This document shows positions 35,494-48,484 of a stretch of 64,000 nt of DNA, in pieces; the first letter of the stretch is position 1; the number at the start of each line of letters is the position of its first letter. The DNA is from Amoebidium appalachense (taxonomy: Eukaryota; Protista; Ichthyosporea): positions 10,320,468 through 10,384,467 of the forward strand of contig CAVNZM010000004.1 of NCBI GenBank assembly GCA_963693365.1, given 5' to 3'. Made by a program: the position numbers and the translations under genes. The notes below the pieces were generated by a model that saw only the letters and a list, made by a program, of their open reading frames with translations, made no database searches and was not told where the DNA came from.

Positions 35494-36032
35494 TATCACA
35501 GACACGACATCCAGACACATGTAAGTTCTGTTCTGTTTGTACCTACTTCGAATTCGTGCCTAGCACAACGTTAACACCAAATGTATGTTGTCAAATGCAT
35601 GACACGGTTCCCAGTGTGCATGCAGGGCTAGCGCTGTATTGTTGCAATCCTCCACCACATGCACTGAGTCTCGCACGTACACAGGCATATGCGGTCACCC
35701 GTGCACGGTGCCTGAGTGGCATTCAGACTGAGGCTCCCTAGCTCTCCACCTTTTTCCTTCCTTTTATGTATATACTTACCAGGCAGCAAACTTGTTTAAG
35801 CCAATTGTTACGCCAGTTATACCCATCGAGTCGTTCTCCCACCGGCTCACACTCAAGGCTAATTCATGATTAGTTGCCATTACCTGTTTTAATATTAGCA
35901 TATAAATATTTGACGAGATCACTCAGAAAAACGATTCGTGATTTTGGTGCATTTGGTGCATATTAATATCGTCACACAATGTGTGCGAGAGCCTGGCCAC
36001 GAGAAATCCCTTGGGTAGAGCTTTCATAAATT

Positions 36033-36069
<37 letters not shown>

Positions 36070-36891
36070 GGCAGCGTTATGCCCATTTTTGATGGCAGTC
36101 CATGGGGAATTATGAGCTTTTTATTGCCGGAAATATGTCTGGAAGCACTGCCTCACCTAATGGCCTACAGTCGCCGTATTGCGTTTTCCAGCGCAGCCAA
36201 TCAAATGCAGTCAATGACGTATGTACATGGTAAGCAACACCAAGGCAGCAAAAACCACTAATCAAAGCTTATATAGAAAGGATGTAAATACTCGAATGGA
36301 TCTGAAGTAGTATGATATAGTAACTCCTAACGGGTGCAAGCCAAACCCTCTACCGCAAACACCAAGAAAAACCACCAACCCAACCACCTTCCCCATCACC
36401 CACCAGTCCCATTACTACCATTGAGTTCGGCTAATGTACTTTCCCACATGTGTACACCACCAACTTTTCCGACACTTCAGCCACATTACACAACTACAAC
36501 CACCCATAACGGAACACCCATAACGGAAATTTAGAGTAGAAAACCACCGGGGACAGATTATGAAAGAACAGAAAAAAGAATTTAGAACACAAAATAACCC
36601 AGTATACTAGAACGGAGCCTGAAAGGGAAGGCCCCGCGGGGGCGGGGGCGGGGGGCCGACGGACGGGTGGGGTGTGGGTGGTGGTGGTGGTGGTGGTGGT
36701 GGTGGTGGTGGTGGGGGGGGGGGGGGGGGGCAGTGAAAAATGGAGGATGAAGTGAAAGTGAAAGAGAAAAAGAATAAGAAGATGACGTTTCAGCAAATTC
36801 AACACAAAATCACGGGGGACCAAACCGAAATAATGACCCGACAGGACAAAAACATGTGGTCGTGGTCGTTGTGATGGGTTTTTTTTTTTTT

Positions 36892-36935
<44 letters not shown>

Positions 36936-38801
36936 AGCAAAAGGACAAGGATATGCAGTGGCAAACAAAGAAAAATGCTGTAGCTTGACCAATTCAGTCG
37001 AAGCTCGGTTAGATGAGATAATCTTTAATAATCATGTAGGAGCTCCGTCTTCCTCTGACAAGTGAGAGGGGAGAGAAAAAGAGAGGGGGATGGGGGAGAG
37101 GGGGGGGAAAGGGGGGGGGGGGGGGGAGGGGAGGGGGGAGAGAATATGAGTGAATGAGTAAGTGAAAAAGAAAGAGAGAACGAGAACGGTCACTGGAACT
37201 CCGCCTTCCCCCGAAAAACTGTCCCTCTTCTCACAGCCAGCACGGTGTGAAGTGGGGGCTGATCCCCCGTCACCGTCACCGTGGTGGCTCTTGAAAAAAG
37301 CAGAACGGTGCGCGATCACAGCAGTTTATTGACGGAAAGTCATGGAATGGTTTGTAGCCAATCGGTTTTAACGGCGTGATAGGCGCTTTCGATTGGAGCC
37401 ATGGCCAAAATCGATTTTCAAGGCAGAAGCCAATCAGCATAAAGTAACTGATCACAGGCATCAGCTGCATGAGCAGGGTAAACATAAAATATTCCCAGGT
37501 TTTGAAACAAACGAACACCGGGTTACTAGGCTTTCATTTGTATGTGTGGTTATTAATTGTGTTATGAAATATTACAAAAGTAAATCTCCACCGGCTGCTT
37601 TTGATCAATCGAACAGTACATTCAGCCTGTGATACAGGTTGGTCGGTTGATCATCACGGTGAGCCACGCCCACGGTAGTGACTCACGCGGCAGCGGGGAA
37701 GTGAGGGCAGTAAATAAAGAACTATAGCCGCTAATTATGTACAGCTGAGCAGACTCCTCGACCTCAAGGCAGCTAGAGAAACTTTCACAACAACACAACA
37801 ATAGAACAAAAATCATGTATACTAAAATGCTTTTGCTCTTTTCTATTCAACGAAGTGCAAATTCACCTCTATTTTTGCACATTAATTAGTTACTAGTTTT
37901 AATTCTGTGTACGAACTCGAAACTTTCGAAAGCCCAAGGAATTCGAGGGTCCGAGTCTCCGGAGACTCCGAGTTGAGAGATTTTACCCCACTTCCAGAGC
38001 CTTGGATTACCCAGCCAATGGAAGACGAGGGCAACGAGCAGTACTCCGGCAGGACACCCCGTGAGGGAGCGGCAGCCGATTGGAACATTCAATCGACCAT
38101 AAAATTGTATAACCGATGGCCAATCCTCTGGCTACGCTAAATACATACACACACGTATTTGGAAAAGTAACGAAATGATATGCACAATAAATCTCTGGGC
38201 AGGGTAGAAATCCCGTACGTACATATGCACATGAACAGGCAAAATGGGCAGTGTAATACGGGCTGCTGATGGGCGAGCGGCGCGGCCATGTACGTGAGAT
38301 CGCGATGATATCAGTCTTTCCGTACGTATACACTCAAAACAGATGCAATATCGCAGTGCACGCGCAGTCTCAGGCAGCCGGAATGCGCGGCTGCACAGTT
38401 TCCTTTTGTAACACAATTGCAAAACAAAACCAAATCCCTCATCTTTGTTCTTTAGAAGCACTTGAGATTCTGTAAGAACTCATGTGTCTACAATAATATA
38501 GGTGGGCATGGGCAGTCAGCTGGCGGCATCGATACCGACAAAAGTCACGACAACGATTCACCGTTTTCTAAACACCCAATAACATCGTAGCTAGGAGTTG
38601 AGTATTGGTGCCGGCGCACGGATATATAAGGGGCAACGCGCATTAGCAAGCAACAGAGCTCTGCTTTCTGGCAGCCGTTCACACCGTTGTGAGGCATCTC
38701 CGTCCTCGGGGGTTTATATTTTATGTTGTTTAGTTCCCGCCGTGTCTAGGTAGAAGGGATAGAGGACTGTTCTTGTCTCAGTTAGCTTCGCAACATTGAA
38801 A

Positions 38802-40876
38802 ATGGCGCAGAAGAAGCAGAACTCGCTGCTTATGAACCTTGTTGCTGGTGGCGGTGCCGGGGCCATGGAGTCTTCCATCTGCCACCCCCTTGACACGGTC
38901 AAGACCCGTTTGCAGCTTGCCCGCTCCATCGGCGTAAGTGTCCCCCACTGTCATGAGTTATTGGGTGTATTACAATGCGTTTGCTGCCGCAACTGCTGTG
39001 AAGTGTATGTTTCTGCGATAGTGTGGAACACGTTCTATACTTTGAAAAGTTTAGGTGCAGGGTTTAGCTCCAGGCCGTCTCCCCCTTCTGGCCCAACCTG
39101 GTGTTCCCATATCCATGACGGCGTGTGGGGTTGTCCTGAAAGATCGGTTGGAAGGAGGGGAGGGAGGAGAAGTGTGGGCAGTGGAGGAAGGGAGACTTGT
39201 GAACAGCCCGCTCTTCTCTGGTTTGCTGTCTCCCCTACTTCTTTGGGGCTCTCTGCAATGCTTGGTTGGAAACTAACTTGCTGGTGTCTTGTGTGCAGCG
39301 CTCTGCTGGTATGGTCGGCACAGCCAAGCGTATCATCAACAATGAAGGGTTCTTTGCACTTTACAAGGGTTTGACGGCCGTCGTTAGCGGCATTATCCCT
39401 AAGATGGCTATCCGTTTCTCCTCTTTCGAGATGTACAAGCAGTGGATGGCTGATGCCAACGGCAAGAACACGACCGGTCAGGTGTTCCTTGCAGGTCTTG
39501 GGTCGGGTATCACCGAGGCCGTGGCTGTGGTCACTCCTATGGAGGTCGTCAAGATTCGTCTGCAGGTAAAGCTTCGGCTTCAGTCACTTCATCTCACATC
39601 CATTTTTTTCCCTTTAGCTCCAGCACCCACCACCTTGGTGAACTTCCTCGCCTCCCCTTCCCCCTATGAGCCCTCCCCCCCTTCCCCTCCCCCTTGTGGG
39701 CAGCTGCTTCTGCAGATATCTCCCTTCTTTCTTCTTCTCCTTACACCCAAAGCCTGCCCCCTCTTCTTCTCCTTGCACCCCAATCCTTTCGCTCTTCCTC
39801 CCCCCCCCCTCCCCCATCTGACTATATCTTGTGTTCCCCTTTCCTCCGTTTTATCTGCTTCAGTGTTCCTCCCTCTGTCTCCCCCCTCCCCCCCCCCCCT
39901 CTCTTAAAACGGAAAATCCCTACCTTAAGCCTGTTCATCTCGTTTCCCTTGGGCCTTCCCTCTTCCCCCCCCCCCCAGGCCTGAAAACAAACCCCTCCCA
40001 CATCGACCAAATCTTGTGTTCCCCTTTCCTCCGTTCTATCTGCTTCAGTGTTCCTAGGACCCTTTGTCCTCCCCCTCTCCCTCCCCCCCCCCCCCCTAAA
40101 CGGAAACCCCCTACTTTAAGCCTCTTCATCTGTTTTTGTTGGGCCTTCCCTCTCCCCCTCCCCTCCCCCCCCCCCCGGCCTGAAAACAAATCCCCACTAC
40201 TACAAGTTCAGGTCTCTTGCTTCCCTTGTCATCCCCCCCCCCCCCCCCCCCCGGGTCGTTGGCAACCCCGGGCTCTCTCACCCTGTTTCACCAAGAAGCA
40301 ATGCCATATACTAATCAACCTTCCCTCTCACAGGCGCAAACCAACTCCCTCTCAGACCCATCTGACTGGGGCAAGCGCAAGTACCGTGGCACTCTGCACT
40401 GTGCCGTGAGCATTGTGCGTGAGGAGGGTGTGACTGCTCTCTACAAGGGTGTGATCCCCACTGTGCTCCGTCAGGCCACCAACCAGGCCGCCAACTTCAC
40501 GGCCTACCAGGAGATCAAGAAGCGCTGGGTTGCTGCCAGGGGCGGCCAGGATCTGGCCCCCTACCAGAATTTCCTCGTTGGCGGCATTAGCGGCGCCATG
40601 GGCCCCTGTGCAAACTGCCCTCTTGACGTGATCAAGACGCGCCTGCAGAAGCAGAAGATTGTCCCCGGCCAGAAGCCAAAGTACGACGGTGTGGTTGGGT
40701 GCATCACGGTCATGTTGAGGGAGGAGGGTCCCCGTGCCTTCTACAAGGGTCTCACGCCACGGCTCATGCGTATTGTGCCTGGTCAGGCCATCACCTTCAT
40801 GACGTATGAGGCAATTTCCAAGCAGCTAGTCAAGTACCCCATGTTCCAGCCCAAGGCGGCTCCTACCACTGTGTAA
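38802..40876 (+). CDS. SFC1: Mitochondrial succinate/fumarate carrier (SLC25 family), 3 coding exons
   Basis: Exons 38802-38933, 39299-39565 and 40334-40876. Three Px(D/E)xxK carrier motifs, plus GIIPKMAIRFSSFE, GITEAV..V.PMEVVKIRLQAQ and RQATNQAANFT as in fungal Sfc1/Acr1. Confidence 0.9.
39826..40190. repeat. ~185-bp tandem duplication in SFC1 intron 2
   Basis: atcttgtgttcccctttcctccgtt...ggcctgaaaacaaa occurs twice (about 39826 and 40011). Confidence 0.8.
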
Positions 40877-41473
40877 GAAGGATGGCAGGTGTGTAGAGCC
40901 CGGTTGATGTCTCTGCTTCCCCCCTCCTTAGGTGTGTTATTAACTAGGGTGGGGGTGGGGGCTCGTCTGGGCGCGTATGGTAGGGCGAAGGTAGCGTGTG
41001 AACGAATTAAGTCTGCTTCTGAAATATGTATGTGTAGGGGCTCGCAAAAAATGCTTTGCTGGCAAAACATTAGGAGGCCTTTTGAGGCACCTTTGTAAGT
41101 ATTGTTGTTTTGAGGGTAGGGCTGGTCCTTGCCTGAGGGGTGAGATATGTTTTCCCCGTTTTCTCATCCTTCATCTTCTTTCTATGCCTCGAGCTTTTAA
41201 CCTTTTTTTATTCTGACGTACATTAGTCGAAAGACCATCTCCAGGCTCCCATGCTTAAAGCAGGTTGGTCTCACTGCGCAATAGCATGGCTTTCTACGTA
41301 TGAGTGACCTTACACAATAAAGTTCCATGATACCCTTTGTTTTACTTTACGGTCCCCCCCCCCCATCCCTGACCTCCCCCTGAGGCACTCCACCCTCACT
41401 CATTCCCCTCTATCCGTGCGTATGCCTGTCGGAGTCATACTAAATTTCCCCCCTTTCAGGAGCCCCATATACC

Positions 41474-41504
<31 letters not shown>

Positions 41505-41770
41505 AAAAAAAAAACCCACTCCATGGATCTACTCCTTCCTCTTGCTCGCTGTTTCAGTCCTAAAAGAATGCGTGACTCATGGTATCTGCCTACCATGTAT
41601 CACACCACAACGACTCAGCGGCTTAATTGATAATCGAATGGCAACGGCAGAAAAGGATTCGGAAACACGGTAAGGTGGCCCTCGGAGAAGAAGCCAAAAA
41701 GGTAGGTAGCAAACACTAGGGAGGAGAAGAGCAAATATTTTTCGTATCTCCCCCCCCCCCCCCCCCCCCT

Positions 41771-42402
41771 CCATCTGGCGAACAAGTGATAACCCAGAAA
41801 TTTACAAGGGTATATGTCGGTCCCAATCAAATGGCTCGCAAAGGGATTCTCGAACCCAATCAGATCATCGGATTTCAGTTTATCCGGTTCCCTGACCCGT
41901 CCGGGCGTTATCGCTATTTGGCCCGATGCCCCCCCCCCCCCCCCCCCATATGGTCAAACCCCAGAAGTTCGTCGAAATCGCTGTCGACACACTGGACATG
42001 GGCTTGACCAGCTACTATTGGCACAATGTCATGCGCATGTTCGAGGAGGTGTCAAGTACACTTCCTATTAGGAAAACCGGAGGGCCACCGTCCTAGGCCT
42101 ACAATAGGTGCATGTAAGCACGTTTCTAACAGGCACAGCCACATTTGGGTTTTTTATTCCATTGCCCCCCCTCCACCCGCCCCCGCCCCCCAGCCCCCCT
42201 TTCCCTGGGCGAGAACCAAACAGGCCTCTCCTCCCATTGAGTTTCTTTCGCGACTGAAACGCTTTCACCTTACCCCCCCCCCCCGGGCCCCCCCTGAGGA
42301 TGGGCTCTGCTTATTATGCATACTCTTTATGTATGGCTTGCATTCTGCATCGTGTTATCCGTTTGTTCTTGTGTACTTCGTACTTTTTGACGCATTCAAA
42401 AA
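41771..42402 (+). mobile_element. 5'-truncated, degenerate Penelope-like element flanked by poly-C
   Basis: IIGFQFIRF...YLARC...KFVEIAVDTL resembles the SQ(L/F)xRYARxC...F thumb motif of Naiad/Chlamys RTs. It is followed by the 116-bp tail shared with 32935-33050. Confidence 0.5.
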
Positions 42403-43153
42403 CCCCCCCCCCCCCCCCCCTCCCCCCTCCGCTCGCCACCACCCCATTTCCCTCCCTCCCTCCCTCCCTCCCTTCCTCCCTCCCCCCTACCCCACGTTCC
42501 CTTTCCCGGCTGCAACCCTCACTACCACTCGCGTAATTTTTTTTTTACCATGAATCTTATTTCCATCGGGGCATAAGCCAGGACTACGAACGGATATATA
42601 GTGCAGTTGCCATAGGCACAACGAGATAGTTGCTTAGATAGCTTCACCGGATATCCAACGAGATATACCAAAAACGAGAATTCTACCGAAAGCTACAATC
42701 GGCCGAGCTTGAAACTTACGGACTCATGACATACGAAGATCCAGTCCACCAGAAGGACGACGTCGTGAAGCCGCAACCGCAGTACAAGGCAGAACACATG
42801 GTCCGCTCTCCCACACTGTTGGACCCCCCTTTTCACAGTTGGACCCCCCTTTTCCGTGATGTTTTTTCATAATAACTTTAGTAAATTATTCTAGAAATGT
42901 CACCCGTGATATCACATATTTCAGAAAGAAGATGCAGCAAACAAAATGTTACCCCCTACTCTCGGACACGGAGCAAATCACGACTTGCCCATGATATTAA
43001 AGGGCATTGAAAACTTTGATCGTTTTGAAAATAGTCAAAAGAAGTAACACTACGAAATTTACCTCAGGTTTCCCAAAAGTTGAAATGTCCTAGATCTAGG
43101 ACATTTCCCCCTCCTCCCGTCCCCCCCCCCCCCCCCCCCCCCTCTCCCCGCCT

Positions 43154-43187
<34 letters not shown>

Positions 43188-43564
43188 AGGGGTGCACGGT
43201 TTCCCCCCCAAACAAACCACACCAACGCCCACACCAACACCGGGCCCTTGGTCCCAACCACACACACGCAGACACACACACACACCGCAAAACACACATG
43301 CACACAGAGAGAGTCTAACCAACACGAATTCACCAAGACGCCGCCGAGAATGCAAAGATCTTGCGACTCCACCTCTTCCTTTTCCCATCCCACCTCAATA
43401 CTAATTTCGGTTCATACCAGTTACCACCTAAAAAATTCCACAATTTTATACAGTTTTAGGTGGTTGGGCGTCATTGCCCATAGACCACCACCTATCCCTA
43501 CAACTACACTTTCTGTGTGTGTTCATAGCCAGACTTCTCTCCTGGGCTCAGTCCTAGCAAATTT

Positions 43565-43645
<81 letters not shown>

Positions 43646-43744
43646 TCAGGCCGGCCCACAGGCTAATCCATTGACCACCAAACACTCCCGCCAGGGACCT
43701 CCCCCCCCAAGTGAGCAAAATACAAGCAGTTGGTTTGCCATGCT

Positions 43745-43827
<83 letters not shown>

Positions 43828-44047
43828 CCCCCCCCCCCCCCCCCCCCCCGCTCCTCCCCCCCCCCCCGCCTCTTCCTCAGGCCCGTTGCCCATCCCACAC
43901 AAGGTTTCCTTTCCCATTGTACCACGCAAACCGCCGATGTGTTGACCCACGTCCAGCAGAGGTTTGGTTCTTACCCCCCCCTCCCCCCCTCCCCCCAATA
44001 TATCAACTCATCGGGACCACCCTTATTCCTGTCACACCTAGCTACAA

Positions 44048-44091
<44 letters not shown>

Positions 44092-44876
44092 CTACCAAAA
44101 GTGACCGGGTACACGGCGTAAGCTGTGACCCCCCCCCCCCCCCCCATCCCAGTCAACCTCCCCCCCCCCCTCCCCCCCCCCACATCCAATCCCCCCCCCC
44201 CCCCCCCCCCCCCTGCCTGCCCGCCCGCCTGGCCGCCCGCCCGCCCGCCCGCCCGCCCTCCCGCCCTCCCGCCCTCCTTTTGGCAAGCCCAGTGTGACTG
44301 TATTGTGTTATGGCACGGAAGTTGTACCTGCAAACTACTTTGTTCTGTGGGCAGAGACAGGACGGGTGGCAGAAAAACGGTTAGTGCTCGGATGGCTCAA
44401 ATTTCAAGCCCACTGATGGTAAAGTTTCAAAAATGTACACACATATGTGCTCACACACACATGCCATACATGTGCACACATTTATCGTACACATACACAA
44501 TGGCATACACACGCACATACATACACATGTGCACACATTTCCGAGTATACCTACTGTAACATGTGAATGCAGCTTGTTGATTGGTTCATCTGCCTGGACC
44601 AATGTGCTATTGGCTCACAGTCACACCATTGCATCTGCCAGGCCCTTGTTGTTGGGCCTGACAGAAAGTAAAGTCACACATGGCAAGCCTAAACCTGGAG
44701 CGTGTCTGGGTGATATTTTGTGTGCACTTTGTTCATAGTTATTCACCGGGGAATCATTATGAAAGAATACCCCAAGAATCGATGGCGGCATAGGAATATT
44801 GCACGTGTGTGTGTGTGTGTGCCTGTGTGGAGGTGGAGGTGGTGGTGGTGGTGGTGGTGGTGGTGGTGGTGGGGGT

Positions 44877-44908
<32 letters not shown>

Positions 44909-45767
44909 GGGGGGACACAGGTCCCGGAGTCACCGACCTCACTGCCTCCAGCTGAGTGGCAGGTGCTGATTTTCAAGTTGGTGAATAAAGATGTTCGCTG
45001 CCATTTTGTAGGCCACAATGACCATGGGTGGGCGGGCGGGCGGGTTTCACGGCTTAGTATGTGATGCATAAAAACAACCCACCTCGTCCCCCTCCCCCCC
45101 TCCCCCCCCTCCCCGTGCCTCTCCCCTCTTCCCCCCCCCCCCCCCCCCCCCCCCCCCCCTTTTCCTTTCCCTCCAATCCCCTCGCTTCCCTCCCCACGGG
45201 GGCAAGGGAATGGGAGGGGAAGGAGGGGGGAAGGGGGGGGGGGCAGCACAATTTTGCGGGCTTGGAGCGGCATCGAGATCTCAATGGCTCTTGTCAATGA
45301 TCTGCTATGGGATGGCAAGAGAAGGAATGGCACGGAGGCCTCTGGGTTTGGCAAGTTGCGATTGGTCAACACCCTAGCATCAGTCACTGCAGGTGGTGCT
45401 GTTTCAGCCAATAGAATTGCGGCTTTTATTTTTAACTTATGATGATGTCAACGGCACAAAGCTGCAACAGGTGCACATAACAACGCCAAACACCTGATTT
45501 CCACCTATCAGATTGACGCAAAACCATAGATCTAAGGTCGCCACCCCATAGGAGTCGAGGCATGCTATTACAGATGAGCCCCCATAGGGGTCATACACTT
45601 CCATGATAACAGGGGGTAGGGCGCAGAATCCGTAGGGTTCCGTCTAACTTGAAGATACTTACATGCCCCCCCCCCCCCCCCCCCCCCCCCCCGCGCAAAC
45701 CACACCCCAAACCCCAACCCCAACCCCCCTGTACCCCCTCCCCCTTCGCCCAGCCCCCCCTCCCCCT

Positions 45768-45798
<31 letters not shown>

Positions 45799-45870
45799 CC
45801 CCCACCCCAAACCCCAACCCCAACCCCGCTGTACCCCCTCCCTCTTCGCCCAGCCCCCCCCCCTCCCCCC

Positions 45871-45925
<55 letters not shown>

Positions 45926-46105
45926 TTGAACCCACCCATTCAACCACCCACAACCACCACCACTGGGGAAAAAAAAAAAAAAAAAAAATTAGACGGAAAG
46001 AGAGGAAGGAAAGAGGCGGCGAGTCATTGACTACGGCTTAATTAATTGTTACCGGCAAGGCCCTTTTTTTTCTTTTCTTTTTTCTTTTTCTTTTTTTTTT
46101 TTTTT

Positions 46106-46136
<31 letters not shown>

Positions 46137-46791
46137 GGACGTGCTAACGAGTGCGGGTGGTCCGATGATGCACTGAATGACACGGGGCTCCTGTTGTCGA
46201 TGCCCTGGCCTACGGTGTACATGTGTAGAGTACTAGCCTAGGCCTGGACCTAGGTCCGCCAATTTTCGTGGGCATGCACATGCCTACAGTATGTGTAATC
46301 CCCGAAAAAGATTGACAGCTTGATGATGCTGAACCAAGAGTTTATGAGTTTGGTTTTTTGGTTTTTTCTTTTTAATAGAAGTCTGGAATTTTCTTTTTTT
46401 TGTTAGATTTCGTTATTTTGTAGTGGTTTTTGTTTGGCTATCATGAGGGGGTCGAAGGCGATAACTCAGCCGATTTCGTGATTGATTAACCGATGCGTTT
46501 GCTTACTAGACTAATAGGTTGGGGTTTGGTTTCCATGCATACGTAAACGCGACACAAGCATACACGCACACACCAAGTCAGCATACACACACACACCGTG
46601 GCACACTGTCCTAACAGCACAACTTTGTACACACACACAGGCTCAGAGGCTCAGGGTCACCACACACTCTACCGTACCCCCCCCCCCCCCCCCCCTCCCC
46701 CCTCACCCTCCCCACTCCCCGGGCCCCACTTCCCGGGAGGCTCGCAGACACACACTTTTCAGCTACCCCAGAAAAAGGACCTCCCGGGAAA

Positions 46792-46839
<48 letters not shown>

Positions 46840-48484
46840 GGGGGGGGGGGGGGGGGGGAGGGGGGAAGGGGGTTTATTATGCGTTTGGGCACTGCTGCAT
46901 GACAACCGGTTGCTTACACACCGCTTTATGCAGTGATGCCATAGTAGTACATTCAGGCTGGTCAGCCTGTGGCCCGGAAAATGCCATCATGCGCATGCTT
47001 GCAGTATGCGGAGCCTCATAAACGTGGATCCGGACTCGGTGCCCACAACCCAGTGATTGTGCCCTGATTTTAAAACAGGGCCCAGCCAATTGGCCAATGT
47101 AAAACTTTATAAATATTTGGAACAGGGAAGCAAAGCAGAGACACAGTGGTGCAATGTAAAAACACCACAGACACACAACAACAAAAACAGGGAACGATCG
47201 GAGCAGTGTACACGGCAACAGACATCAATGTTTAGACACGGACTAACTCGGAAATCAATCCCGGGATTTCGTATATATACTTGTGAATCCTAAGTCAAAT
47301 CAATACATGATTTCCGACCAGTCGGAAATCAGATCCATGTTTAAAATAACCAATCACAATGAACTGATTATTTCCAGGATAGATCCGGTGACACAGGAAT
47401 GCACACCATAGGTCACAGCTACTAGCAAGTATTGAGGTGTAAAAGTAACGAGGAAAGAGGTTATGTTTCTAACCTATCACCGACTGCAAAGGCTCAGACA
47501 CTTTCTGACTAAGTCTACTGATTGGTCACAGTACGGCAACACACAAAACTAAAGTGGTTGACTAAGCTATGCCAGTGATTCACACAATGACAAGCTAAAG
47601 TGTCGCCTAACAGTTTTCCGACCAATCAAAACATAACGAGTAATATAACGCTACTCCGCTTATATTAGTGAAAAAGAAACATAATCATGTGAAATTGAAA
47701 ACAAGGGAGAAAAGAATGAGAAAGAAAGGAGGAGAAGGAGGAAAGAGAGAAGAATACAGGACAGGAAACACGAACACAAAAACTGTCATCTACCCACTGG
47801 CATGGATAACGGCATTGCCAAGAATTTAGAAGTTGAGTTATACATATGTTTATTAGTAGTTTGTTGTTGTTCGTTTCCTTTTCCCTTTTCCTTTCTTCCT
47901 TTCTTTCTTTCCTTTCCGTTTCCGTGTGCACAGATATCTTTGATCTGTGTACACATCGAGCCATTTGGCCCGCGCACATGTAATGTTGTTTGCGTTTATG
48001 CTAAATAAGTTGTCCAATCAGATCTCGTTTAATTTCCCCAAATATAGAAACCTACATTCCTCCTTCATTCTACTCGATTCCTTTCCCATTCCATTCCTTT
48101 CTATCCTCATTCCTTTTCCTTCTTTTCCCACGACGTAGAATTGCTCTATGCTCCCCAGCTATTAGGAATACTTATATTTAGATGTGTTCATAATGTTAAG
48201 AACATGTATAAATATATGATGTGAACTAATAGATACACTGTAAGTGGTTTCATTTATTAAATATTTCCGTACTTTCATTAGAAGATTGCGATTTATCTTC
48301 TCTGTGACTGTCAACAGGAAATTTTTCGATCGATTTATTTTACCCTCATAGTTTTCGTTCTTTTTATTGGCTTAGCATTTGTCGATTTCACATTCCCAAG
48401 TATAAAAGGGATTTCATCTTGAAATAAAAATCAGGCAGTTGAAAACATTTCATATGGTCCCAGAAATCGTTCCACCTCTCCGGT

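Noticed and set aside
42560-42860. Short coding-like stretch and the tandem motif GTTGGACCCCCCTTTT
   Set aside because: No recognisable domain and no partner inverted repeat found in the window.
44340-47300. Possible exons or transposase remnants between G/C runs
   Set aside because: No consistent frame, splice chain or motif could be assembled by eye.
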